Shown: positions 19,527-29,322, counted from the first letter of the stretch. The stretch: 64,000 nucleotides of DNA from a candidate division FCPU426 bacterium (GCA_963796105.1 CAWCKJ010000002.1:352001-416000); one strand, 5' to 3'. Numbers and translations are program-made. The notes: generated by a model from the sequence alone, not told the origin.

Positions 19527-20192
19527 ATGAAAAAGATATTTATCCTAATAGTTTTGCTTTCATGTGCCGGACCCCTTATGGCCTATGACACGGCAACGGA
19601 AAAGCCCCATTGGTTTTTCCAGGTACAAGGCGGGGAATATAGTTTATTGAGCAGTAACATCAACGCCATGTCGCAAAACCCCGTTACTTTCAACAGCCCC
19701 GGCTGGGGTTTCAACTGTTCCTTGGGTTATGCCTTTTCGAATGATTTCTCGCTTTCAGCATTGATTGGTTACCAAGTCGCAACAGTTTCTAATTCCTCAG
19801 CCCCCGCCACTTATGGCATCAGTATGGCCTATATTCCCATTCAATTGGCCGCCCAAGCCAATTTACTTGGGACGGGACCCGAGATTTATGGGTTATTGGG
19901 TGTGGGATTGGCGCTTAATAATTACAACGGATCAATCCCGAATTCGCCTGTGGATGGGGTTACTTCCTACAACGGGATATCCGAGACTGATCTTCTCTTG
20001 AGCCCGGGCTTGGGATTTTCCCTTAACCTCGGGGATAACGTGGATTTATTCCTTCAAGCCAAATTGGATTTCGATTTCTTCTCCCAAAAATTCGCGTCTT
20101 GGTTTAGTAACTTAGGCGGTTCCACTAAAAATTTCGACACTCCCCAGATTTACCTGCCCATCCAATTAGGCCTGAATTTTTCCCTGAAATAG
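19527..20192 (+). CDS. Outer-membrane beta-barrel protein (OmpA-TM/OmpW-like)
   Basis: Signal peptide, amphipathic beta strands, C-terminal QLGLNFSLK; AGGAGG RBS. Confidence 0.7.
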   Translation: MKKIFILIVLLSCAGPLMAYDTATEKPHWFFQVQGGEYSLLSSNINAMSQNPVTFNSPGWGFNCSLGYAFSNDFSLSALIGYQVATVSNSSAPATYGISMAYIPIQLAAQANLLGTGPEIYGLLGVGLALNNYNGSIPNSPVDGVTSYNGISETDLLLSPGLGFSLNLGDNVDLFLQAKLDFDFFSQKFASWFSNLGGSTKNFDTPQIYLPIQLGLNFSLK

Positions 20193-20239
20193 ATTGGATT
20201 ATTTTTAGTATTTATAAATAAATTTCAGGGATTAAAAAT

Positions 20240-20995
20240 ATGCACCCAACAAATATAATGACGGTTTATGACCGGGAAAAACTTGGCACCGGTTTGAAAA
20301 CATTGGAAGTTCTATGGTCCAGGGGCGTCACGCCTAGCCAGATCAAACCCCATTGGCTTTTTTCCTGGTACACCCTTCTCAATTGCAATTTCAGGCAAAT
20401 GGCAAAAGTGACCGGGTTTTCCCCGTACACCTTGATGTATTACCACAATAAGAAATTAGGTTTGTATAAATTATTGCCGTTGAGAAAACTCTGGCTGGGT
20501 ATTGTTAATAACGAAATTTACAAACATTTGAAACACTCGAAAATTACAATCGGGAATAAATTCAGTTTCAAACTCGATTTAAACGAGCACAAGGTTTTCA
20601 TCAACGCCCTCCAGAAATACTGGATAAAAAATTTTTTTATCGAGCGGCATCACGGCTTATTTCATGAGTTTTGGAAAAAAACCAATTTCGAACCCCGTTT
20701 AAACCAAAGGGAGAATAAGGATCTAATCGGCCTTTGGCGGACGGGTTTTCCGAATAAGATGTTAGCGCCAAGTTTCATTCTTTGGGCTTTGCGGAACAAT
20801 AAAGATAGCGCTTATATTCTCGATAAAATCGGATACAAATATAAAAATTACCTGCATCATCATTTCCGGAAATGGCGGCTTAAGCAATCCATGACCCATT
20901 ATTGGCTTGGTCCCTTGGTACCGAAACCGGAGGATTGGCGTTTAAAAGGGAAAAAAGGACAGGGAAAAAGAAACAAGTTAGGCCGGTTTTGTTAA
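20240..20995 (+). CDS. Hypothetical basic protein, possible HTH
   Basis: 251-aa AT-rich ORF; NCNFRQMAKVTGFSPYTLMYY resembles an HTH. Confidence 0.5.
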   Translation: MHPTNIMTVYDREKLGTGLKTLEVLWSRGVTPSQIKPHWLFSWYTLLNCNFRQMAKVTGFSPYTLMYYHNKKLGLYKLLPLRKLWLGIVNNEIYKHLKHSKITIGNKFSFKLDLNEHKVFINALQKYWIKNFFIERHHGLFHEFWKKTNFEPRLNQRENKDLIGLWRTGFPNKMLAPSFILWALRNNKDSAYILDKIGYKYKNYLHHHFRKWRLKQSMTHYWLGPLVPKPEDWRLKGKKGQGKRNKLGRFC

Positions 20996-21216
20996 TTGGT
21001 TGAATAAATTATTATGAATTTATTTATCATTTGGTTTTATATTTTGTTACAGCCATTTTGCGGCTAATAGGCAGTAGAGGTTGCCGCTAAGGGGGCCTAC
21101 CGAGATTTGGGCTTTTATATATATAAACGTCTAAGATGCTTTAAAATCCCTTGATTCGTCTTAAGTTTAAGAGCAGAATTAAGAATACAAGTTCTCACTT
21201 TTTCAAGGAGTTAAAC

Positions 21217-21651
21217 ATGAAGGGTTCAAAGGTCGTTTTGGCTATTTCCTTGGGGGCTGTATTCGCCCTTTCTTATGGTTGCGGCACCAACAAGCGCATT
21301 GAAAGCACCGAAGTGCCTAAAACCCAGGCTACAACAGAGAAGCCGGTTGAGGCGGCGGCAGTGCCAACGCCGGTACCCTCGGGCAGTTACATGGTATCTC
21401 CCCATGACACCCTTTGGGACATCGCTGGCAAGTCCGGAGTTTACAGCGACAACTTCCAATGGCCTTTAATCTTCAAGGCAAACCGCGACACGATCAAGGA
21501 CCCGGATTTGATTTACCCCAAGCAGGATTTCACGATTCGTAAAGGGGCAACAGCCGAGGAAGTGGCCCACGCAAGGCAATTGGCCATGAAAACCCCGAAG
21601 TATGTGCCTCACAGCAAGCCGCGTGAGACCCTGCCGTTGGATTATTTCTGA
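21217..21651 (+). CDS. LysM-domain lipoprotein
   Basis: AAGGAG RBS; lipobox-like LSYGC; LysM YMVSPHDTLWDIA...IFKANRDTIKDPDLIYPKQ. Confidence 0.9.
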   Translation: MKGSKVVLAISLGAVFALSYGCGTNKRIESTEVPKTQATTEKPVEAAAVPTPVPSGSYMVSPHDTLWDIAGKSGVYSDNFQWPLIFKANRDTIKDPDLIYPKQDFTIRKGATAEEVAHARQLAMKTPKYVPHSKPRETLPLDYF

Positions 21652-21665
21652 CCTTAGGATTTCCT

Positions 21666-21700
21666 AAAGCCCGTTTCCTTCCCGGAAACGGGCTTTTTTT
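21666..21700 (+). terminator. Rho-independent terminator
   Basis: AAAGCCCGTTTCC-TTCCC-GGAAACGGGC followed by T7, just after the LysM gene stop. Confidence 0.85.
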
Positions 21701-21779
21701 GTTTTAGGACTCCTTAAAAGGGTATAAGTGGGTATGATTTATGTCGAATCAGAAGGCGATTATTTATAGGGACGAACGC

Positions 21780-24700
21780 ATGATATCTAAAATCCTCCAT
21801 TCCTGTTTTTACCGCATGACGGCCGTGGCCATGGCCGCGATCCCGCTTTTGTTATCGCTTGCGGTTCCGGCCCAAGCTTCCATGGATTCCCACCTGAAAA
21901 AGGAATGGGCTTCCTTGTCTATTCAAGGGTCCTTGCCTTCCTCTCAACGGATCAGGTTGGCGCTGGGGCTTCCGCTGAGAAACAACACCGTCCTTCAACA
22001 GTTATTGAAAGACCTTTACGATCCCCGGAGCCCCGAATACCGCCATTTCCTATCCCCTCATGAATTCGCGGAAAGGTTCGGACCGTTCGATAAGGATTAC
22101 CAGGCCGTCCAAGACTTCGCCCAGTCCAACAATTTGCGCGTGGTGAAGACTTACCCTTCACGGATGATCGTGGACGTTGAAGGCACCGCGGGGGACATCG
22201 GAAAGGCGTTTGGCGTCAACCTTGTCACCCATTCACGGCCTGATGGGACCCTTTTCTACGCGCCGGACCGGGAGCCGAGGGTTGCTGATGGAATCCCGAT
22301 CCTTCACGCCTCGGGCCTGGACAGCTTCGACCGTCCCCGGCACAACCTCGTCATTTACCCAAAGGACACAGCCATGAAAAGGTCCGCCGGGGCGGTGAAG
22401 AACCTGGGCACGGGACCCTTGGGCAATTACCAGGGTTTTGATTTCCGCAATGCCTATTGTCCTGATGTGCCTGCCACCCTTAACGGGGCGGGGCAGACAG
22501 TCGGGCTGTTCGAGATCAACGGCTTCACCCTTTCCGATATCCTTCAATACGAAAGCACCTCCGTTCCCCCCCTCACGGCGCCAGCCCCCATCACCCACCT
22601 CCTGCACGGGTTCAACGGGGTCCCCACCGATACGGGCGACGAGAACGAGGTGACGCTGGATATCGACATGGTCATTTCCATGGCGCCTGGGGCCCAGGTC
22701 CTGGTTTACGAGGCGCCCGACACGAATGGGACTTTCGACGCCTACTCCAACGACATCCTGACCGCGATGGCCGCCCCTCCGCTTTGCCCCGAGATTAGTT
22801 GTTCCTGGGCCGGGTTCGGGGATACCACCACCGTGAACCTGCTGGCGGAATTCGCGGCCCAGGGGCAGGCTTTTTTCCTGGCATCCGGGGATTACGGCGC
22901 GTTCGGGACGGGGGATGTGCTTCCTTCCATGATATCGCCCGGTTCCCTGAGCCCCTATATCACGCTGGTGGGCGGAACCCAGTTGTGGACGGCCTCCGTG
23001 ACGGGGACCCCTCCCTCGGTTTCCTACGATACGGAATCGTCCTGGAATTCGGCTTTCGGCTCGAGCACCGGTGGAATTTGCCAGCAACAGCTCGCGATCC
23101 CCAGTTACCAGATGGCAATTCCCACTGGCTCTAACGGCAGTTCCGCCATGTGGCGGAATATCCCGGACGTTTCCATGGTCGCGGACAACATCTTTATCTA
23201 TAACGCCGGACAGCCCTCCTTCACGGGCGGGACGAGCGCCGCGGCCCCCTTATGGGCCGGGTTCATGGCCCTCGTCAACCAGCAGGCCCTGGCGGCCTCA
23301 GGCGTGAGCGTGGGTTTCGCCAACCCCTCCCTTTACTCCGCGGCCCTGGGTCCGAATTACCACTCCGACTTCCACGACATCGCGGACGGGAGCAACAACT
23401 GCTGGGACGGCCGGGACCCGGTGTTTTATAAGGCCGGGACGGGCTACGACCTCGCCACGGGCTGGGGAAGCCCAACCGGGCAGAACCTGATCAACGACCT
23501 GGCGGACCTCAAGGCCGCCCTTCCCACGCCGGTGGCCCCCACCCCCACCGCGACGCCGTACACGGCGCCTCTTTGCGCCCCCGTGGTTTCCTGGAGCCAA
23601 AATTCGCCCCTGGACGCGGCGCTGGATGGGTCGGGGAACTTATACGTCACCGACGCCAACGACAACCTGGTTTATGTTTACAACTTCCAGGGACAGGCCG
23701 TCACCCATTGGGGGGGCTCGGGAAAAGGCCATGGAACATTCAACACGCCCACCGGAATCGCGGTGGATGGAAACGGGAAAGTTTACGTCGCGGACTCGGG
23801 CAACAACCTCCTGCAGGTCTTGAGCACGAACGGCGTTTTCATCACCCAATGGTCAAGTTACGGGGGCGAGAGCTTCAACTTTCCCCAGGGAGTGGCGGTG
23901 AACTCGGCGGGGACCAGCGTTTACGTCACGGATTGCTACAACGGCCGGGTCGCGGTATTCGATCCCTCGGGGAACCCCTTGACCGGCTGGGGGACACCGG
24001 GCTACGGGGGAGGAACGAACTTTGAGGAACCCATGGGCGTTGCTTTGGACACGTCCCAGAACGTTTATGTCGCGGATTTTTACACGGGATTGATCCAGGA
24101 GTTCACCCCGGGCGGCTCTCCCATCACCCAATGGGACGCCACGGAGGGAACGTGCCTTTGGGCACCCAATTACCTGGAACTGGATTCCGCCGGTAATCTA
24201 TACGTATCCGACGCTTATGGCGACATCGGGGTGCTCAACACGCAGACGGGTTCCTGGTACTCCACCAAAATGCTCGATTCCACCGACACGGAGGGCATCG
24301 CGATTGGCCCCGGATACTGGTACATGTGCGTGCCGAGCGACAGTGAGTTGCTGAAATTCTGCCCCTGCCCGGGAAACCCCTGCCCCAGCTATACCCCTAC
24401 CCCCACGATTACCCCAACGCCTACCATTACCTACACCCCCACTCGGACGCCAACGCTCACCCAGACGCCCACTTACACCCTCACGCCCACGGCGACCATG
24501 ACGCCCACTCCGACCCCGACCATTACCCCCACCGCCACGATCAGTCCCACCCCGACACCTTCCCCGACCGGAACGATCACTCCGGTTGCCACCAACACAA
24601 TGACGGTTTCGATGACGCCTACTTTCACCCCTTCCGCAACCATAACGGTAACCCCCACGAGCCTCCCGGGCGTATGGATTGGATTACCCTATCCCAATCC

Positions 24701-24953
24701 AGTAAGGTCCGGCTCCGGGGTTTCCTTCCGTGTCCAGGTTTCCGGGCTTTCCACAGTGCGGTGGGAGGTGTTTACCACTTTGTACCGGAAGATCCGTGAT
24801 GAGACTGGATATGTATCGGGTAACAACCAATTTTCATGGGACTTGAGGGACAAGGAAGGGAATGAGGCGGCCAACGGCCTCTATTTCCTCCGCGTCCAAA
24901 TAAATGGTCTTGTTTCAACGTCTAAGATTTTCAAGGTGCTCCTTCTTAGGTAG
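21780..24953 (+). CDS. Secreted S53 (sedolisin/kumamolisin) peptidase with NHL repeats, Thr/Pro linker and C-terminal FlgD/CTD-like Ig domain
   Basis: Prodomain (DPRSPEYRHFLSPHEFAERF), E..LD (EVTLDID), SGD, GGTSAAAP, GYDLATGWGSP; FNTPTGIAVD/FNFPQGVAV NHL repeats; PYPNP...WDLRD...ANGLYF; start uncertain (21741/21780/21816). Confidence 0.9.
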   Translation: MISKILHSCFYRMTAVAMAAIPLLLSLAVPAQASMDSHLKKEWASLSIQGSLPSSQRIRLALGLPLRNNTVLQQLLKDLYDPRSPEYRHFLSPHEFAERFGPFDKDYQAVQDFAQSNNLRVVKTYPSRMIVDVEGTAGDIGKAFGVNLVTHSRPDGTLFYAPDREPRVADGIPILHASGLDSFDRPRHNLVIYPKDTAMKRSAGAVKNLGTGPLGNYQGFDFRNAYCPDVPATLNGAGQTVGLFEINGFTLSDILQYESTSVPPLTAPAPITHLLHGFNGVPTDTGDENEVTLDIDMVISMAPGAQVLVYEAPDTNGTFDAYSNDILTAMAAPPLCPEISCSWAGFGDTTTVNLLAEFAAQGQAFFLASGDYGAFGTGDVLPSMISPGSLSPYITLVGGTQLWTASVTGTPPSVSYDTESSWNSAFGSSTGGICQQQLAIPSYQMAIPTGSNGSSAMWRNIPDVSMVADNIFIYNAGQPSFTGGTSAAAPLWAGFMALVNQQALAASGVSVGFANPSLYSAALGPNYHSDFHDIADGSNNCWDGRDPVFYKAGTGYDLATGWGSPTGQNLINDLADLKAALPTPVAPTPTATPYTAPLCAPVVSWSQNSPLDAALDGSGNLYVTDANDNLVYVYNFQGQAVTHWGGSGKGHGTFNTPTGIAVDGNGKVYVADSGNNLLQVLSTNGVFITQWSSYGGESFNFPQGVAVNSAGTSVYVTDCYNGRVAVFDPSGNPLTGWGTPGYGGGTNFEEPMGVALDTSQNVYVADFYTGLIQEFTPGGSPITQWDATEGTCLWAPNYLELDSAGNLYVSDAYGDIGVLNTQTGSWYSTKMLDSTDTEGIAIGPGYWYMCVPSDSELLKFCPCPGNPCPSYTPTPTITPTPTITYTPTRTPTLTQTPTYTLTPTATMTPTPTPTITPTATISPTPTPSPTGTITPVATNTMTVSMTPTFTPSATITVTPTSLPGVWIGLPYPNPVRSGSGVSFRVQVSGLSTVRWEVFTTLYRKIRDETGYVSGNNQFSWDLRDKEGNEAANGLYFLRVQINGLVSTSKIFKVLLLR

Positions 24954-24998
24954 TCATTTCAAAGCCGTGAATCGAAACAACTCCTGAAAACTTCTATC

Positions 24999-25139
24999 GG
25001 GCACCTCTAAATATTCATTCAGACCCTCGCCCCTTGCGGGAGAGGGTAGGGTGAGGGGTAATAAATCAAAGCTTTTTCACCCTCATCCCAGCCTTCTCCC
25101 CTCAAGGGAGAAGGTGAACAGCAATTTTTAGAGGTGCCC
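24999..25139. mobile_element. MITE-like element with 13-bp terminal inverted repeats
   Basis: GGGCACCTCTAAA ... TTTAGAGGTGCCC enclosing CCCTCGCCC..GGGAGAGGG and CCTTCTCCC..GGGAGAAGG hairpins. Confidence 0.65.
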
Positions 25140-25182
25140 TATATAATGCCACTGTTCATTTCCCTTCAATCAAGGAGCCCTT

Positions 25183-26199
25183 ATGGCGAAAAAGCCCGTT
25201 ATCCTTATTACTGGCGGTGCCGGTTATATCGGCAGTCACGCCATGCTGGCGGCCCCCTCGCGCGGATTCACACCCTTCGCCTATGACAATCTTTCAGAGG
25301 GGCACAGCTGGGCGGTTCAGAAGGGACAATTAATCAAGGGGGAACTGGCAGATACGGCCCTCCTCAGGCGGACATTCAAGAAATTAAAACCGGCCGCCGT
25401 GATGCACTTCGCCTCCCATTGTTACGTGGGGGAATCGGTCACGGACCCTGCCAAGTATTACCGGGATAACCTGACCAACGCCATGAACCTTTGGGGCGTC
25501 ATGAGGGAATACAAGGTCAACTATTTCATCCTCTCCTCGACCTGCGCCACCTACGGCGACCCGGTGAAAGTGCCCATGGCCGAGGACCACCCGCAGAACC
25601 CCGTGAACCCCTACGGCGATTCCAAGCTGATGCTGGAAAAGATTTTGGCCTGGTACGACAGGGCTTATGGGCTCAAATCGACATTCCTTCGTTATTTCAA
25701 CGCGGCGGGAGCTGACGCCCTGGGCCGGGTGGGGGAAGTCCACGATCCCGAAAGCCATTTAATCCCCCTGGTGCTGGACGCGGCGATGGGACGGCGGCCC
25801 AAGATCACGGTCTTCGGCGAGGACTATCCCACTCCCGACGGCACCTGCGTGCGGGACTACATCCACGTCACGGATCTGGCCGAGGCCCATTTCCTCGCCT
25901 TGAAAAGAATGATGGAACTCAACCAGAGCGATTTCTTCAACCTGGGAACAGGCAAGGGCTATTCGGTGATGGAAGTCATCAGGGAAGCCGAAAAGGCGAC
26001 AGGACTGAAGGTGCTAGTCGAGAAGGGGACCCGCAGGGCGGGCGACCCTCCCCAATTGGTGGCGGACAACCGGAAAGCCGCGGAAGTCCTTCATTGGACG
26101 CCGGGCCATTCGGACCTGCCGAACATCCTCAAGACCGCCTGGACCTGGCACCAAAAGTGGTTTGGGAAAAAGGACCAAGCCCGTAGGAAAGGGAAATAA
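25183..26199 (+). CDS. galE: UDP-glucose 4-epimerase
   Basis: ITGGAGYIGSH, YGDSK (YxxxK), LRYFNAAGA, PTPDGTCVRDYIHVTDLAEAH. Confidence 0.95.
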   Translation: MAKKPVILITGGAGYIGSHAMLAAPSRGFTPFAYDNLSEGHSWAVQKGQLIKGELADTALLRRTFKKLKPAAVMHFASHCYVGESVTDPAKYYRDNLTNAMNLWGVMREYKVNYFILSSTCATYGDPVKVPMAEDHPQNPVNPYGDSKLMLEKILAWYDRAYGLKSTFLRYFNAAGADALGRVGEVHDPESHLIPLVLDAAMGRRPKITVFGEDYPTPDGTCVRDYIHVTDLAEAHFLALKRMMELNQSDFFNLGTGKGYSVMEVIREAEKATGLKVLVEKGTRRAGDPPQLVADNRKAAEVLHWTPGHSDLPNILKTAWTWHQKWFGKKDQARRKGK

Positions 26200-26202
26200 A
26201 CC

Positions 26203-27252
26203 TTGGCCCCATCGTCTTTTGAGGGAAAGTGGGAACAGCGCTGGCACCCCTTACGGCGGGAATGGATTGTTTATTCCGCCCATCGCAACTCCCGTCCCTG
26301 GGACGGCAAAAGGGAATCGGCCGCCGAGCCTTCGCCTTCCTACGATCCCAAGTGCTACCTTTGCCCCGGCAACAGCCGCATCCACGGCCATTCCAATCCC
26401 CAATACAAGGATGTTTTCATTTTCGATAATGACCATCCAGTGGTGGGTCCTGATTCACCCGAGGTGTCTGGGGAGAGAATTCCGGAGCCTTACCGCCGAG
26501 CCAGGGCTGACGGATTGGCCCGGGTTATTTGCTACGATCCCCGCCATAACGTGACCCTCACCGACATCCCGCCCGCCAAGGCCGTGAAGGTTTTCCAGGC
26601 CTGGCGGAGCCAGACCCAGGAACTATCCCAGAACCCCCTGATCCATTCCCTGCTTTTTTTCGAGAACAAGGGGAGCATCGTGGGGACTTCCAATCCCCAT
26701 CCTCATTGCCAGCTTTACGCCACCACTTTTCCCTTCAAACACGTCGAGCAGGAAATGGAGTCAGCGGCGCAATACCGGAAGGAAAAGGGCCGGGATTTGT
26801 TTGAGACGATCCTGGAAGCCGAAAAGTCAGATGGAAGCCGCCTCGTGGCAGAGAATGCCGCGGCCCTGGCCTTCATCCCGTTTTTCGCCCGTTGGCCCTA
26901 TGAGGTTTGGATCTTCCCGAAAAAACGCCACGCGACCCTGGACACGCTTACCGATCCCGAACTGGAGGGCCTTTGTTCCATATTTCAGCAAGTGACCCGC
27001 AGGTACGACCTGCTTTACGGCATGGTATTTCCCTACGTGATGAGCCTTTACCAGGCGCCCTTGAAAGGGGGCCCTTATCCCGGTTATCACCTGCATTTCG
27101 TCCTTCTTCCCCCCTTGAGACAGCCGGGCATCCAGAAATTCCCAGCTGGCCCCGAGATCGGAGGAGGGAACTTCATGGTGGATTCCATGCCGGAGGAGAA
27201 AGCCGCCGAACTGAGGGCATTGGATCTGTCCCTTTTTAAGGAAATATCTTAA
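26203..27252 (+). CDS. galT: Galactose-1-phosphate uridylyltransferase
   Basis: RWHPLRREW...RNSRPW, CYLCPGNSR, FENKG..GTSNPHPHCQ catalytic HPH; TTG start. Confidence 0.93.
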   Translation: MAPSSFEGKWEQRWHPLRREWIVYSAHRNSRPWDGKRESAAEPSPSYDPKCYLCPGNSRIHGHSNPQYKDVFIFDNDHPVVGPDSPEVSGERIPEPYRRARADGLARVICYDPRHNVTLTDIPPAKAVKVFQAWRSQTQELSQNPLIHSLLFFENKGSIVGTSNPHPHCQLYATTFPFKHVEQEMESAAQYRKEKGRDLFETILEAEKSDGSRLVAENAAALAFIPFFARWPYEVWIFPKKRHATLDTLTDPELEGLCSIFQQVTRRYDLLYGMVFPYVMSLYQAPLKGGPYPGYHLHFVLLPPLRQPGIQKFPAGPEIGGGNFMVDSMPEEKAAELRALDLSLFKEIS

Positions 27253-27318
27253 ATCACACCGTCCAGAATAGATTCTAGCCACAGATGCATGGGATACATG
27301 GGATTAAAAGCGCATTTC

Positions 27319-27429
27319 GATCATGTTCCGTGGTCCAGCTGACGGCCGTTGAAAAAATTAATTTTTCTACGGTCCGCAAGCTTGACCATAACGCCCATCG
27401 AGCGCAAGGGCATTGCTCTTGTCATGATC
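27319..27429 (-). ncRNA. Putative structured RNA/ssDNA motif, copy B (unassigned family)
   Basis: Closed by GATCATG/CATGATC; inverted homolog of 19267-19376; flanked by inverted 9-mer repeats (27278-27304 / 27484-27510). Confidence 0.45.
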
Positions 27430-27675
27430 GGAGACCTTGTTGAATTGTTCGTTGTAAATTTTCAATTTTGTTTATTTGTTATCATCCCCTGCATCCCCTG
27501 TATCCGTGCCGATCATCTATAAAGACATATTGAGATCGGTACTGTGCCAGTCTCCTTTAACTGCCTTGTGTTAAGCTGACACGTGGCAAAGGACTTGGTT
27601 TTGTTTAACGCCTTTTAGAATTGAAAATATCTGATTTTGTTTATCGTTGTTACCTGGAATTTATTTTGGCCGGTT

Positions 27676-29079
27676 ATGGGACTATATGTTTTTTTACAAT
27701 CTGCAAAGGAGTTTTACTTGAAGTTTCACACAAGAGCAGAATTTTTCGGAAAGCGCCGTAAGGTGGTTTCCGCGTCGGCGCCAGGGCGCCTGGATGTGAT
27801 GGGAGGTATCGCGGATTACTCCGGTTCCCTCGTGCTGGAAATGCCCATCCGGGAAAGGACGGTCGTTTGGGCCGCAAACCGGGAAGACTCGAAATGGCGG
27901 GTTTTCAGCCGGGAGGCGGCCGAGGCTGGTCTCGCGCCCCTGGTGGAAGCCAGTACAGCCGACCTGGAAGAGCCGGGTAAAGCCCGAAAATTTTTTCATA
28001 AAAACCCCAAGAATTCCTGGGCGGCTTACGCGCTGGGTTGTGTCCCCCTGCTAATAGCTGAAAAGAAATTGAGGGCCTCCGGCGCGGATCTTTTTTTGAC
28101 ATCGGAAGTTCCTTTTTCAAAAGGCCTTTCCTCTTCCGCCTCGGTGGAAGTGGCGGCAATGGCCGCCATGGGAAAACTCTTCAGGCTTTCTTTCGGCAAA
28201 ACAGAGCTCCCGCTCCTTTGCCAAAAAGTGGAAAACCTGGTGGCGGGCGCGCCCTGCGGGCTGATGGACCAGCTGACTTGCTACCTGGGGAAGAAGGACA
28301 TGCTATTGCCTATCCTGTGTCAACCGGACAAGTTACAGGAGCCTGTGGCCATCCCAAAGGGAATCAGTTTCGTGGGATTGGATTCGGGGGTCCGCCATAG
28401 GGTGGGCGGCACCCAATATTCGGAGGTCCGGGCCGCGGCCTTCATGGGCTATAGCCTCATCGCCCTCCAAGCGGGAGCCAAACCCAAAGACCTCCGGAAT
28501 GCGAAAAAAACGGGAAATATTTCTCATCTCCCATATGGGGGCTTTCTGGCTCGCATTACTCCTGATGATTTTCAAGCTCGGTTTCTCAGGACCTTGCCGG
28601 AAATAATGAAGGGGAAAGATTTACTCAAGATCGCCTGCTCCATCGATCTGGTCACAGAAGTCAAGCCAGGGGTGGTTTACAGGGTTCTTGCAGCAACCCG
28701 CCACCCGGTTTTTGAAAACGCCAGGGTGAATAGTTTTAAAAATCTTTTAGTGACCTTGGATCGGACGAAAGAAACAGGGAAGAAACGGGAGATTTTAGGA
28801 AACATGGGGGATCTCATGTTCCAGTCCCACGCCAGTTATGGCGCCTGCGGTTTGGGGGAGCCGGTGACTGACGCCCTGGTGGAAGAAGCCTGGAGTGCCG
28901 GTTCCGAAAAGGGAATTCATGGGGCGAAAATCACAGGCGGCGGGTCAGGCGGGACTGTTTGTTTCCTGGTAGAAGGACGAAAAGGGTTGGACGCGGTCCG
29001 GCGCATCGCGGCCAAAATCCTGAAAACACATAGACCGTTCATGACAACCGGTAGTTCCGACGGCGGGAGATGGTTATAA
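27676..29079 (+). CDS. GHMP sugar kinase (galactokinase / L-arabinokinase-like)
   Basis: SAPGRLDVMGGIADYSGSLVLEMP, P.SKGLSSSA, CGLMDQ, GAKITGGGSGG; start uncertain. Confidence 0.88.
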   Translation: MGLYVFLQSAKEFYLKFHTRAEFFGKRRKVVSASAPGRLDVMGGIADYSGSLVLEMPIRERTVVWAANREDSKWRVFSREAAEAGLAPLVEASTADLEEPGKARKFFHKNPKNSWAAYALGCVPLLIAEKKLRASGADLFLTSEVPFSKGLSSSASVEVAAMAAMGKLFRLSFGKTELPLLCQKVENLVAGAPCGLMDQLTCYLGKKDMLLPILCQPDKLQEPVAIPKGISFVGLDSGVRHRVGGTQYSEVRAAAFMGYSLIALQAGAKPKDLRNAKKTGNISHLPYGGFLARITPDDFQARFLRTLPEIMKGKDLLKIACSIDLVTEVKPGVVYRVLAATRHPVFENARVNSFKNLLVTLDRTKETGKKREILGNMGDLMFQSHASYGACGLGEPVTDALVEEAWSAGSEKGIHGAKITGGGSGGTVCFLVEGRKGLDAVRRIAAKILKTHRPFMTTGSSDGGRWL

Positions 29080-29322
29080 AGGCTGAGAACCAAACAGTAG
29101 TTTAAAAAACCGGAAAAGCTTCAGCCATATAGTTGTTAACATAAAGATAATGTCATTTTGTGGCTAAAGGTGGCCCTCAGTGGATAATATGTGGATATAT
29201 GTAATAACAAATAACAAAATATAGGACAATTTTATCCCAAGTAAGACATTTATGTCTCTTAGTCTCATCTGTGGACATTCTTTAAAAATGTGATATTTTA
29301 GAGCCTCTTTAGGGGGTTCTAA

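Noticed and set aside
21050..21115. Lysine riboswitch (GTAGAGGTTGC start)
   Set aside because: Remaining conserved elements and length are missing; downstream gene unrelated
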